A stretch of DNA of 64,000 bases from Felis catus (taxonomy: Eukaryota). Every line of letters begins with the position of its first letter. The stretch's first letter is position 1. Location: positions 4,404,001-4,468,000 of the forward strand of contig NC_058369.1 in NCBI RefSeq assembly GCF_018350175.1, read 5' to 3'. Positions 24,086 to 36,030 of this stretch are shown one piece after another. Made by a program: the position numbers and the translations under genes. Under the pieces are notes generated by a model. It had not been told where the DNA came from and ran no database searches. It saw only the letters and a list, made by a program, of their open reading frames with translations.

Positions 24086-24439
24086 GCTCAGTTCTAAAGA
24101 AAGGCGGAGAGAGGTTGAGTGGGGCGGGACTGCAGCCACGGAGGCCCAAGTGGTGACTACCCATGGTCTTCAAACTTCACGTGCAAGTCGGCTGGCCATA
24201 CTGGGGAAGGAAGAAAGGGAACCCAGTGGCACAAATGCCTCATAGGAAGAGCAGCGGGGGTGGGGAGGGGTGGCAGGAAACGTTTTTCCCAATATAAAAC
24301 CAAAAGTTAGCTCTGCAGACAGTCCTTTCCAGGGCTCCTACAATTGTTTACTCATCCATCCAGGGAATCACAAGCTCCTGATGGATGCTTGCCATCTGGC
24401 GGGCTACGGTACCCCAAACTACAAGTGCATTCTCCTAAG

Positions 24440-24600
24440 GCGGGGTTTCTGCCCCTCAGCACTGGGGACACCGGGGCCGGATTGTCCTTCAGGCCGACCT
24501 CGGCATCCCTGACCTCCACTCGTTAGATGCCAGGAGTGCCTCTCCCCTTCCCACCCCCCACCAGTCATGACAACCCCAAAATCTTCAGACGTTGTCCAAG
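24440..24600 (+). mobile_element. MER20-like fragment
   Basis: cagcactggggaca...gcatccctgacctccactcgttagatgccagg...gacaaccccaaaatcttcagacgttg. Confidence 0.6.
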
Positions 24601-24766
24601 ATAGGAGATACACAGTGGGAGGAAAGAAGCATTTTCTCTCGGGCTGGCTAGAAGTCCTGCCTTCTGTTCCTGGAGATCCTCGCCCACGAGAAGGGCATAA
24701 AAGTGTATTTCTTTGCAGCCAGATGCGTACATCTTTCAAGTAGGTAGTTTAAACATTCCATACAGA

Positions 24767-24984
24767 GGGGGCCTGGGTGGCTCAGTCGGTTAAGCGTCTG
24801 ACTTCGGCTCAGGTCATGATCTCGCGGTTTGTGAGTTTGAGCCCCATGTCAGGCTCTGTGCTGACAGCTCAGAGCCTGGAGCCCTCTTTGGATTCTGTCT
24901 CCTCTCTCCGCCCCTCCCCTGCTCATACTCTGTCTCTGTCTCTCTCTCAAAAATAAATAAAACGTTAAAAAAAATTTTTTTTTA
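24767..24984 (+). mobile_element. CAN-SINE
   Basis: TSD attccataca. Confidence 0.92.
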
Positions 24985-26199
24985 ATTCCATACAAAAAGA
25001 CTCATTTAATACCAGAACAAAGTGGCAGATGGTACAAAAAAATCATTCCATCAACATGCTCAAGGTCAGACGGTCTGCACTTTGTAAGAACCGGCTACCT
25101 TCGGCACTTGAGAAGCTGTTAAATATGCAAACTGCAGAGAGGAGGTGGCTTTGTGGGCAGGTACAGCCCTGTCCTGAGCACGTCCCCCCAAGCCACAGGT
25201 GGGGTCTCCCTACTTCTGCCTCATGTGGGGCCTGAGCAGCAGGTACACAGCATGCTGCTCAGGAGGCACCTGCCAGAACTTTCCATATGCTTCTATCACC
25301 GCGAGGGCTCCCACCTCTGAGGACGAGTGAAGAATTTGTTGAAAACTTCTTTTTTTTTTCTTTTAATGCAAAGAAAAACTGCTAACAGATGAATATAATT
25401 TGCCTAAAGAAAGCGGAAGGCAGCGTGTGAGTGTTTTAAATCTGTTGAGTGTTGGTTTGACCCCATCTTTGTTGATGAGGAATATTCTATGACGTGGCCC
25501 ATCCCCCTCCCAAAGACTTGGGCACCACGAAAGCTGCTGGCTGGATCCACGGATCTGTGGCCTGTGCCTATGGCGCTTTCCTGTTTCCCTGACTCGGTCC
25601 TTACCACTAGATGTCCCCAGAGCCATGTGATGAGTGGCACCCCCTACTTTTCTTTTCCTCTTCCACAAGAGGAGGAGACGTGAGAATTTCCAATGTGTAT
25701 TTCCTGGGTCTCCAACTCTCTGCCTTCCTGACAGAACTGACCTTCGGAATTATTCTGCAGGAAGTTGCGCAGTCGAGGTCTTATGCACAGTTCCTCCAAC
25801 ATCCGAGTCAGTCATCTGCACACCATGCGCCCCTTTGTTCCAATCTGAAGCCAGGAAGTGGGTAACTCCAGTGGTGGGAGCAGGAAACCATTGGACCTGG
25901 GCTCTTGGTGGAAAGAATCCACTAGTGATGAAGCCAGCGAGCTGAGTCAGAGGCCGGCTCCTTGCTAACGGGCAGGAAATAACTGTGCTCCACAGTCTAA
26001 GTCTTATGAAAACCCGGGGAGCCCGTGAGAGTGTGAGGTAGACAGCGAGCCCATGCTCGGCTCACCGCGGCCAGAATGCGGCTTCCAGAGTGCAGATCAT
26101 CCGACACCACGCCAAGTTTTCACTCTGACGTGCTTCCTGGTTTACTGCACTATTTACCATGTGCTGTCTGTCACCCTGCTCAGCGTATGGTGTGTAGGC

Positions 26200-26340
26200 C
26201 CAGGGTCACAAAATTTTTTCCGCAAAGGGCGAGAGGCTTTTCTTGCAACTACTACACTTTGCTGTGCTGGCACAGGAGCGGCCATTGCTAACACGCATGA
26301 GTGATGCTGGTTGAGCACTAATAAGACTTCATTTCTTAAA
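26200..26340 (+). mobile_element. MER58-like fragment
   Basis: cagggtcacaaaattttttccgcaaagggc...ctaataagacttcattt. Confidence 0.5.
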
Positions 26341-26734
26341 AAAAAAAAAAAAAAAAAGGCCATTACAAAATGTCCTATAGACTATAGTTGTTGGTCCTTG
26401 GCTCATATAATTTAGGTTTGATGAAGGGATGTGGTTTTGGAAGGTGGGTCGAAAAATTACACTGTCTGGGGTCAAAGTCTTGAGGTCCCAGGCCCTGGAA
26501 CCACTGCAAAGGTCCTGTGGCCACATCTCACCAGCATGAGAGAACTGGGGGGGGGGGCATAGGGGATGATCCAAATTGTTAGGAGGATGAAGCTGCCAGC
26601 ATTTAAAGACAAATGGAAATATCATCTGGCCTGAAATGACAACGGTGCTCCTGAAGTTTATAAGGTTACAAATAAAGTCACTAAGTCCCGGAATCTCAGA
26701 AGCCAGGCACAGCCCTTAAAACTTAAGACAGGAT

Positions 26735-26948
26735 GGGCGCCTGGGTGGCTCAGCTGGTTAAGCATCCGACTTCAGCCCAGGTCATCATCTTGCTGTTTGT
26801 GGGTTTGAACCCCGTGTCGGGCTCTGTGCTGACAACTCAGGGCCTGGAGCCTGCTTCAGATTCTGTGTCTCCCTCGCTCTCTGACCCTCCCTAGGTCATG
26901 CTCTGTCTCTCTGTGTCTCTCAAAAATAAATAAACATTAAAAAAAAAA
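26735..26948 (+). mobile_element. CAN-SINE
   Basis: TSD aagacagga. Confidence 0.92.
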
Positions 26949-26990
26949 AGACAGGAGTTTGGGCACAAGGGGCAGATCACTTTGGGAAGT

Positions 26991-27408
26991 TGTACTGCAT
27001 TGAATAGTGACCCCCAAAACTCATGTCCACTCAGGATCTCTGAATGTGACCTTATTTGGAAAGAGTGTCTTTGCAGATATAATCAAGGTAAAGGATCAAG
27101 ATGAGGTCATACTGGATTAGGACGGACCCTAAATCCAGGGACAGTGTTCTTGTAACAGACAGGATAGGACACACAGGGAGGAAGGCTGTGTGACGACAGA
27201 GGAGGAGACAGATGGATACAGCGACAAGCCTAGGAAGCCAAGGATGGCTGGGGCCCCCAGAAACCAGAGGAGGCAGGAAGCGTCCTTGTCTGGAGGGAGC
27301 GCAGTCCGCTGACACCTTCTGGTCTCCAGAACTGTGAGAGTAAATTTCACGTGTTTCAAGCCACCCGGTCTGTGGCACTTAGCATGGCGACCCCAGGAAA
27401 CTCTTGCA
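26991..27408 (+). mobile_element. MaLR solo LTR (MLT1B/C-like)
   Basis: tg...gaatgtgaccttatttggaaagagtgtctttgcagat...ctccagaactgtgagag...ca. Confidence 0.8.
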
Positions 27409-27626
27409 GGGATCCGTACGATGAAGAGCACAGTTGGGACAAAAGCATCCTACGAGATGGCTTCTGTGTAGTACGCGGTGCCACACACAACCCAGGCAGC
27501 TGATATTTACCAACTAAATAAATACCTTAGTGCCTCTTTAGGATTACAGCCCATACTGAATTGTAGGAAATTATATATAGTGAGCATCCACATAAAGCTT
27601 CAGAACATTTACAATCTACCTGGTTA

Positions 27627-27855
27627 TTTTATTTTATTAAATTTTTTTTAATGTTTCTTCATTTTTTGAGAGAGACAGAGAGGCAGAGCATGAGTCAGGG
27701 AGGGGCAGAGAGAGAGGCAGACACAGAATCTGGAACAGACTCCAGGCTCTGAGCTGTCAGCACAGAGCCTGATGCGGGGCTCAAACCCACGAACCGTGAG
27801 ATCGTGACCTGAGCCGAAGTCAGACATTCAACTGACTGAGCCACCCAGGAGCCCC
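27627..27855 (-). mobile_element. CAN-SINE
   Basis: Perfect 17-bp TSD tacaatctacctggtta at 27610 and 27856. Confidence 0.94.
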
Positions 27856-29148
27856 TACAATCTACCTGGTTACTTTAAGGATAAATAGGACTATTCTGGG
27901 AAATGTAATCACCTTTGGGGACTGACCATTCTGCTCTCTGTGGACACATCCCTTCATGTTAGTATCAGACAGACAGACTCACAGACACCATGTAGGTCAG
28001 CCTGGCTGCCCCAATACATTGACACACAATATGCCTGTCTGCAGAGGGCATGAAATCCTCCCTTACCCATCGAAGAGGTGGTACATTGCATAGAAGCTGA
28101 TCCAGTTTCCTGAATTCTTAAAAAAAAATTCAGGTCCATTATTCAAGGACACACACCTATTTGAAGACACTGGGGGCGACCAAAGCAGGCAGACACTGCC
28201 CGTGAGCCCACCCTTGAAAGATTTCTGCCAGTCAGACTGATGATTCTGGAGTTTTGCCAGGGGCACGCTCCATGAATGTTTGGGTGGCAGAAAGCAGCAG
28301 TCTGGTGGTCTTGAAGCGTCAGAGAAGAGAGTTCAGTATGTTAGGGGGAATCCTGGGAGATAGAGAGCCACAGAGGGGGCGAGCCCCCAGATCTGCCTGG
28401 AGTCCACCCAAATCTTTGATGAGCTAAGCCACACTTGTGTGGGAAAGACACCAGGGGTTTTGGAGAAAAACCAGCAGCTCAAAGATGGACAAACTAAGAG
28501 GAGAGTTCGGCTGCTGAAAAAGGTATATTTGCATGAGGGGCAGGGTTCAAGTCCAGCCAAGTTAAACACTAGCAAGGGGAACACAGCAGGATCCAGAAAC
28601 TCTACAACATAGCATTCATGATGTCCAGGACCCAATAAAGATCATGAGCTATGAGAAGAAATAGGAAATTGTGACCCGTACCCAAGAAAAAAGGGGAAGA
28701 GTCGATAGCCAAACCAAGAGAATCCAGGTGATACAGACAAAGCAGCTACTAAAAATATGGCCAAGAACTTGAAGGAAGTTATATGCACAATAAAGGAACA
28801 TACAGGAATCTCCATGGAGAAAGACCAACTATAAAAAAAACCAAACAAACACAAGTAGAAATTCTGGAGTTGAAAAGTACAATAACTAAAATGGAAATGT
28901 CCCTGAATAAACCTAATAGCTGATTGGAGATGGCAGAAAGAAGAATCAGTGAACTGGAAAATAGATCAGTGGAACCCAATCTAAAGAACTGAGAGAGAGA
29001 GAAGCTGAAGAAAAATGAACAGAACATGCGGTCTAACATATATGTGACTGAAGTCCCAGGAGAAAAGGAGAGAATGGGAGAGGAAAAACGTGTATTTGAA
29101 GAATGGCCAAACATCTCTTAAATTTGGTAAAAGATATCAACTTATAGA

Positions 29149-29383
29149 GAGGCGCCTGGGTGGCTCAGTCAGTTAAGCAACTGACTCAGTTGCTCAGGTC
29201 ACGATCTCACGATTCGTGGATTCGAGCCCCACATTGGGGTCCGTGCTGACAGCTCAGAGCCTGGAGCCAGCTTTGGATTCTGTGTCTCCCTCTCTCTCTG
29301 CCCCTCCCCCACTTGCACTCTGTCTCTCTCTCTCTCTCTGTCTCTCTTTCAAAAATAAATAAACATTAAAAAAATTTTAAAAA
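29149..29383 (+). mobile_element. CAN-SINE
   Basis: TSD atcaacttataga. Confidence 0.92.
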
Positions 29384-29692
29384 GTCATCAACTTATAGAT
29401 CCAAGAAGCTCAACAAAGCCCAAGAATGACAAATACAAAGAAAACTGACTTAGATGTGTTACGGTTGAACTGCTAAAAGAAAAAAAGAAAAAGAAAATCT
29501 TGAAGGCAGTCAGAGAAAAACTACACATGATCTATAAGGGAACAACAGTATGGATAGTAACCAACTTCCCATCAATAATAACGGTGACCAGAAGATAATG
29601 GGATGACATATTTATGGCGCTGAGGAAAACCTGCCAATCTAGAATTCTATATCCAGCAAAACTGCATTTTTTCCTTTTCTTCTCTTAATTTC

Positions 29693-29911
29693 TTTTTTTT
29701 TAAATTTTTTAATGTTTATTTATTTTTGAGAGAGAGAGAGGCAGAGCATGAGCTGGGGAGGGGCAGAGAGAGAGGAAGACACAGAATCCGAAGCAGGCTC
29801 CAGGCTCTGAGCTGTCAGCAGAGCCTGGCACAGGGCTCGAACTCATGAACTGTGAGATGATGACCTGAGCTGAAGTCCAATGCTTAACTCAGTGAGTCAC
29901 CCAGGCACCCC
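29693..29911 (-). mobile_element. CAN-SINE
   Basis: TSD ctcttaatttcttt. Confidence 0.92.
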
Positions 29912-30418
29912 TTCTCCTCTTAATTTCTTTAAAATACATCTATTTAACAAAAAAATATTATAATACTCTACTGTGTGTTTTTATGACATATGTAGAGGTA
30001 ATCTATACAACAACAATAGCACAAAGGAAGGGGAGGGGTAAATGGAATTAGGCATGCAAGGTTCTTGCATTTTACATCATGTAGTAATCTCATTTGTGAT
30101 AAATTAAAGATGCATCATGTAATCCCTAATGTAATCTCTGAAAAAATTAAAAAAATATATAGCTTAAAAACTAATGAAGAAGCAAATGAAATTCTAAACA
30201 TATTTGATTGTCCTCAAAGAAGGCAGAAAATGAAGAACACAGGAACAACAAAAAAGATGAAACAAATAGCAAAATGGCTTTCCTAAATTGAGGTATATTA
30301 ATAATTACATTAAGTATAAATATATGAAACACTTGAATGAAAAGACAGAAATGGTCAGCCTAGATAAAAAAACCAAGATCCTATGGTAAGTTGCCTTTTT
30401 AAAAGAAATCCTCTTTAA

Positions 30419-30436
30419 TTTTTTTTGATGTTTATT

Positions 30437-30480
<44 letters not shown>

Positions 30481-30646
30481 CATGAGCTGGGGTGGGGCCG
30501 AGAGAGAGGGAGACACAGAATCCAAAGCAGGCTCCAGGCTCTGAGCTGTCTCACAGAGCCTGACGCGGGGCTCGAAGTCACAAACCATTGAGATCATGAC
30601 CTGAGCCGAAGTCAGACGCCCAACCGACTGAGCCACCCAGGCACCC
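30419..30646 (-). mobile_element. CAN-SINE
   Basis: Long (GA)n segment, flanked by aaatcctctttaa. Confidence 0.92.
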
Positions 30647-30664
30647 AAAACAAATCCTCTTTAA

Positions 30665-30844
30665 AGTTGATTTATTTATTTTGAGAGGGGGGTGCAGAGA
30701 GAGGGAGAGAGAGAGAATTCCAAGCAGCCTCCACACTGTCAGCATGGAGCCCGATGTGGGGCTCAGACCCACGAATTGTGAGATCATGACCTGAGCTGAA
30801 CCAAAAGCAGTACACTTAACCGACTGAGCCACCCAGGAGCCCCC
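30665..30844 (-). mobile_element. CAN-SINE (shorter variant)
   Basis: Flanked by aaatcctctttaa. Confidence 0.9.
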
Positions 30845-31774
30845 AAAGAAATCCTCTTTAAATACAAAGGCACACAAAGGTGGAAAGTAATCGAATGGAA
30901 AAAGACATACCATGCAAACTCTAATCTTAAGAAAGCTGGAGTGGCTGTAACGAGGAGACAAAAGCAACTTCAAGACAAGGAATATTCCTAGAGATAATGA
31001 GGGACATTTCATCCTGATAAAATTATCAATTAACTCATCAGGATGACCTAATCATGACAAAGGTACATGCAGCTAGTAGTACAGCTTCAAATTACCACAA
31101 AGAAGAAATTAACAGACTTAAAGGAAAAAATAGATAAATAGTCACAGTGGAGATTTGGAGTGGAAACACTCTTCCCTTTTGATAGAAACCAAACAAAAAC
31201 ACCAGTCAGGATACAGAGTATCTGGATGACACAATCAACCACAGGGACCTAACTGACATTTATATAACACAACAAACCAAACCTGAACATTCTTTTCAAA
31301 TGTGCAAGGAATATTCGCTGAGGTGGGTCATATTCTGGGCCATAAAGTAAATATATGTATTTTGACAACAACGGAATAAATTAGAAGTCAGTAAGATATC
31401 TAGAAATACACTAAGTATTTTGAAATTTTTAAATACACCTCTAAAATAACCCACAGGTCAAAGAATAAACCATAAGAAAAACTAGAAAATATTTTGAACT
31501 GACTGATAATGAAAACATCACATATCAAAATTTGTGGGATGCATATAAAGCAGTGCTTAGAGAGAAATGTTTAGCTTTATAAACTTAAGTTCAAAAGGAT
31601 GGCTTAAAAATCAGCCATTCAAGTTTTCAGCCTTAGAAAGCTACAAAAAGACAAGCAAACCAACTTTAGTAGAAAAAAGGAAATAATAAAGTCAAAAAAT
31701 AATGAAAGAAAACTCCACAAACCATGGAGAAAAAACCAACAGAACCCAAATTTCTCCAAAAGTGAAATTTCTTC

Positions 31775-32345
31775 CAAAAAGAAATGAGCTATAAAGCTAT
31801 GAAAAGACCTGGAGGAAACATAAATTTATACTATTAGGTAAAAGTAAATTTATACTATTTTATACTATTTATACTAATTTATACTATTAGGTAAATGCAT
31901 ACATGCTGTATGATTCCAACTATATGACAATTCTGGAAAAGGAACAACTATGGAGATGGTAAAAAGATCAGTGACTGCCAGAGGTTTAAGGGGAAGGAGG
32001 GATCATAGGTGGAGCACAGAGGATTTTTTTGGGCAGAGAAACTACCCTGTGTGATGCTACGTTACCGTGGTGGACACATGTCATCATATATCTGTCCAAA
32101 CCCACAGAATGTACCATATCAGGGGTGGACCTTAATGTTAACTATGCACGTTGGGTGATAACGATGTGTCAGTGCAGATTTCCTCTACAAATGCACCACT
32201 CTGGGGCGGGGGTGGGGTGGGGTGGGGCGATGTTGACGAAGGGGGAGGCTGTGCATGTGTGAGGACAGAGACAACACGGGAGATCTCTGTATCTTCCTCT
32301 CAATTTTGCTGTGAACCTAAAACTGCCCTAAAAAAGATAAAGTCT
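31775..32345 (+). mobile_element. L1MC-type 3' end nested in the older L1
   Basis: gaaaagacctggaggaaac...tgtccaaacccacagaatgtacc...gtgaacctaaaactgccctaaaaa. Confidence 0.7.
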
Positions 32346-32768
32346 TAGAGAAAAGATTGCCAACCCCCTATAAAAGATTGATAAGAGAAAAGAAAGAAAA
32401 AAAACCCCCAAATTGCCAATATCAAAAGCAAAATGAGATATATCATAAATCTTACAGAAACCAAAATGATAAGGAACTATTATGAACTTTAGCCAATAAA
32501 TTCACCAACTTAGATCAAATGAACACGTTTTTTAAAAAACACAACATACCAAAACTGACACAAGATGAAATAGAAACTGTGGATGGAATATCTAACAAAG
32601 AAATTGAATATGTTATTGAAATCCTCCTTACAGAGAACACTTCAGGCCCAGAGACTTTCACTGTTAAATGCTATAAAACACTGAAACAGAAATTAATACA
32701 TCAATTCCATCAGAAAATACAGAAAGGGATACTTCACCCATTTTAGGAGGTCATCAAAACCCTGATAC

Positions 32769-32935
32769 TGGCGAGGTGGGTGGGGGAATGTGATAAATGG
32801 GAGATGGACGTTGAGGAGGACACTTGTCGTGATGAGCACTCATCGTTATATGTAAGTGACAATCACTAAATTCTATTCCTGGAACTGATACTACACTATG
32901 TTAACTAACATGAATTTAAATAAAATTAAAAAAAA
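32769..32935 (+). mobile_element. Short 5'-truncated carnivore L1 3' end
   Basis: gaggaggacacttgtcgtgatgagcact...atgttaactaacatgaatttaaataaaa. TSD aaaacc(c)tgatac. Confidence 0.75.
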
Positions 32936-34258
32936 AACCTGATACCAAAACTTAATAAAGACGTTATAAGAGAAGTATTTAGATCAATATCTCTCATGAA
33001 CACATATAGAAAAATCATACAAAATATTATAAATCAAATCCAGCAATATGAAACTAACAACCCATACTTACATTTTCAATTTTTTCCCCCTAATGAAGCC
33101 CCAGCTCCTTCCCTCCTCAAATGATTTTTGACAAAGGTGACAAAGCAATTCAACAGAGAAAGGAAAATTGTTTAAGCAAATTATATATCCATATGGGAAG
33201 AATAAAACAAGCGAACTTCGATCCCTGTCCAATACCTCACACAAAAGTGATTTTAAATTAGATCACAGACTTACACAAAGAAGTCAAAACTATACAACTT
33301 CTGAGAGAAAACATAAGGGCATAGGCAAAATTTTTTTAGACAGAATGCAGAAAGTAATAAGTATGACTGAAAAACTCAATAAATTAGATTTGTGAAAATT
33401 TTAAAACTTCTGTTCATTAAAAGACTTCAACAACACAAATCAGTAAGCCACAGTCTGGGAGAAAATATTTGCAAAACAAGTAACTGACAAAGGGCTTTTA
33501 TTTATAATATGTAAAAAGCTCCAATAATTCAATAATAAGAAGACAATCTAATGGGCAAAAGACTTTAACAGGCACTTGACAAAGATATCCAGATCCCCAA
33601 CAAGTATATGAAATAATGCTCAACATTGTTAGTCACCAGGGAAATGCAGATTAGAACCACAATGAGATACCACTAAACACTCACTAGAATGGCTAAAATA
33701 AAATCTGACAACAACCAGTGTTGTGACCACAGGGAGTAATCGTAACTCTCACACACGTGTGGAAATGTAAAATGATACAACCATGTTGGAAAAAAGGTTT
33801 GACAGTTTTCTAGAAAGTTAAACCCACCCTTTAGCCCAGAATGCATCTCCGAGGTGTTCATCCAGGAAATATGGAAACATGTCTACACGAAACCCCATAT
33901 ACACAAGCTCACAGCAATTTTATTCACAATAGCCCCAAAGTGAAATAACCCAAATGTCCGTCATCGGGAGAATGAATGAGAAACTGTAGGCTGTGCTAGA
34001 TTAAAGATGCAGATTGTAATCCCTAAAGCAACTACTTAAAAAAAAATACAGAAGATGCAGCTAAAAGCTAACAGGGGAACACTGCTGAGATATTACTGAT
34101 TAATCTAAGAGGATGAACTCTGAAATATATATACAACCCCTGGGTGAATTTCAAAGTCATTATGCTGAGCGAAGGAAGCTGTATCCAAGAGTACATGATG
34201 TAGAACAGACAAAACTAATCTAAGGTTTTTTTTAAAAAACAAACAAAAAAAAAAATCA

Positions 34259-34466
34259 GGGATCCCTGGGGGGCTCAGACGGTTAAGCATCTGACTTCGG
34301 CTCAGGTCATGATCTCGCGGTTCGTGGGTTCGGGCCCCGCGTCAGGCTCTGTGCTGACAGCTCGGAGCCTGGAGCCTGCTTCCGATTCTGTGTCTCCCTC
34401 TCTCTCTGCCCCTCCCCAGTTCACGCTCTGTCTCTCAAAAATACATAAATATTAAAAAAACAACAA
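34259..34466 (+). mobile_element. CAN-SINE
   Basis: TSD aaaatcag, typical body. Confidence 0.9.
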
Positions 34467-35737
34467 AATCAGATCAGTGTAGGGGGCAGGAACTGATGGG
34501 CAAGGGACAGGCAGGAACTTTCCGGGGAGGTGGGTGGACACATTCTCCATGAAAACAGGGTATGCATTACATGGAACACTCATTTGTCAAGAGGTGACAG
34601 TCAAGATTCGTGCATTTACAGTATGTAAATTTTAACCCAGAAAACCCTGTAAAAATATAGTAACGGAGTGGAGGTTGGGGGTGGGCAGGAATAAGTGGCA
34701 TGAGAGTGGCAGAATGATGACACCTGTACAGCCCAGTGACAGCTGCACTGGGCTCATTATACCGTGTGCTGATTTGTACATGTTTGAGTTTTCCGTGATA
34801 AAAGGTTAAATAAAAACCCACCCGGCAATTAGCCGTCAGTCCAAAAGGGTATGTGCGGGCACATTTTGTCACCGCCTTTCTCTGCATGTGCCGGCTTGCC
34901 ATGCGAGCAGCCCTTGGAGATGAGGGCAGGGGATCGGGGAGTCCTTCTAGAAGGTGTGAGGCTGGATGTGAGTGACCCCTCCACCCGGCAGAACAGGGAC
35001 CAGCAGGGGAAGGGGGAGGGCTGGCCCCAGGGACAAGGGCACCAACCACAAAGGATGTGAGGTCGGGGAATCCCTAAATTCTGCTTTTCGCCTTCTCCGC
35101 GCAGCTGGTCAGGCTCCTGAGTGATGGCAGTCACCCTCGACCCCTGGACACGCTCTGGTAGGGAAGAGTGTGGGTCTGTGCTTCTGCTCTGAACTTGAAC
35201 TTGCAACGGGAACTGGGAATCAGTCTGTCTGACTCCCCGCTTGCTCCCTCAGCTTCGTTGGCCTGCTCCCCTAAACAGGAGAACCCTGCCCAAGGCGGGG
35301 GCCTGAGCATTCTTCCTCTGACTCCCTTCATCTGTGGCCACTTTCGACTGGGCTCTGGGGGCCTCAAGATGGTCAGTCAAGAGGAGAGAGGCCTCGAATG
35401 CGAGCCATTGCCCAGCCTGTGAGGTTGGCTCAGAATCGCGCCCAGTGTGTTGTTTTAAGCCAAGCAGGTTTCGTTGGCCACCTGGTCCCTGATGAAGACA
35501 CACTTGGGGAAGGAAGTGGGCAAGAACAGCCTCCTTGGTGCGACTGCCCCCCTCTGCGGCTCAGGCCTGAGAAGGCTCATCCGACCTGGGGGCCCTGCCG
35601 GCGACACTCGGCAGGGGGAGCCTCTGCCCGGGTTTCCCGAGTGTAAGTGAGGGGCAGCGGGGGGACCGGCGGGCAGCAGCCTGGATCACGCCTGCCCGAT
35701 GAATGGATCTGCCCTGGGCACAAAGGGAAGAGGCTTC

Positions 35738-36030
35738 TGTTTACAGGAAAATACTCCGGTTACCTAGTAACCAGTAATGACAGGAAAGGAAACGCAGAAA
35801 GAGCTGAGGGCAGTTCTGGGCCCTGCTCCTGGCCGGGCGGGCGCTGACTCACCACAACCTGAAGCAATCTCCTTTCTATTCCTGTTGCTCCGTGTGCGGA
35901 GCAGAGGGGTCGCCTGCCTTACATAGGTCGGATCGGTATTTAGAAAACATCTTGTCATCTCTGCAGGAACGGGGGCGGGGGGGCGGGGGAGCAAGAATGG
36001 TGCTTTTAGCTACCTTCGTTCTGATTGGCC
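35738..36030 (-). promoter_or_regulatory. Candidate intronic enhancer/alternative promoter A (forkhead, X-box, AP-1/RUNX, GC boxes, CCAAT)
   Basis: TGTTTAC 35738, GTTACCTAGTAAC 35759-35771, TGACTCA 35845, ACCACA 35851, GC boxes 35971-35989, CTGATTGGC 36021. Confidence 0.5.

Larger units (their letters stand above)
28150..34815 (+). mobile_element. Long degraded old L1 (5' region, ORF1, ORF2 endonuclease, deleted RT, 3'UTR) hosting nested insertions
   Basis: ORF1-like agaaattctggagttgaaaagtacaataact, EN-like agaaagctggagtggct, caaaatttgtgggatgca. Many stops and frameshifts. Confidence 0.82.

Noticed and set aside
23936..24139. ORF-track N-terminal extension MAAVPPHSTSLRLSLELS before MQNSEGG
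   Set aside because: Runs through the polypyrimidine tract and AG acceptor at 24094-24095, so it is intronic; the real start is the ATG at 24085.
28700..33900. Functional L1 ORF1/ORF2
   Set aside because: Fragmented by stops, deletions and nested insertions.
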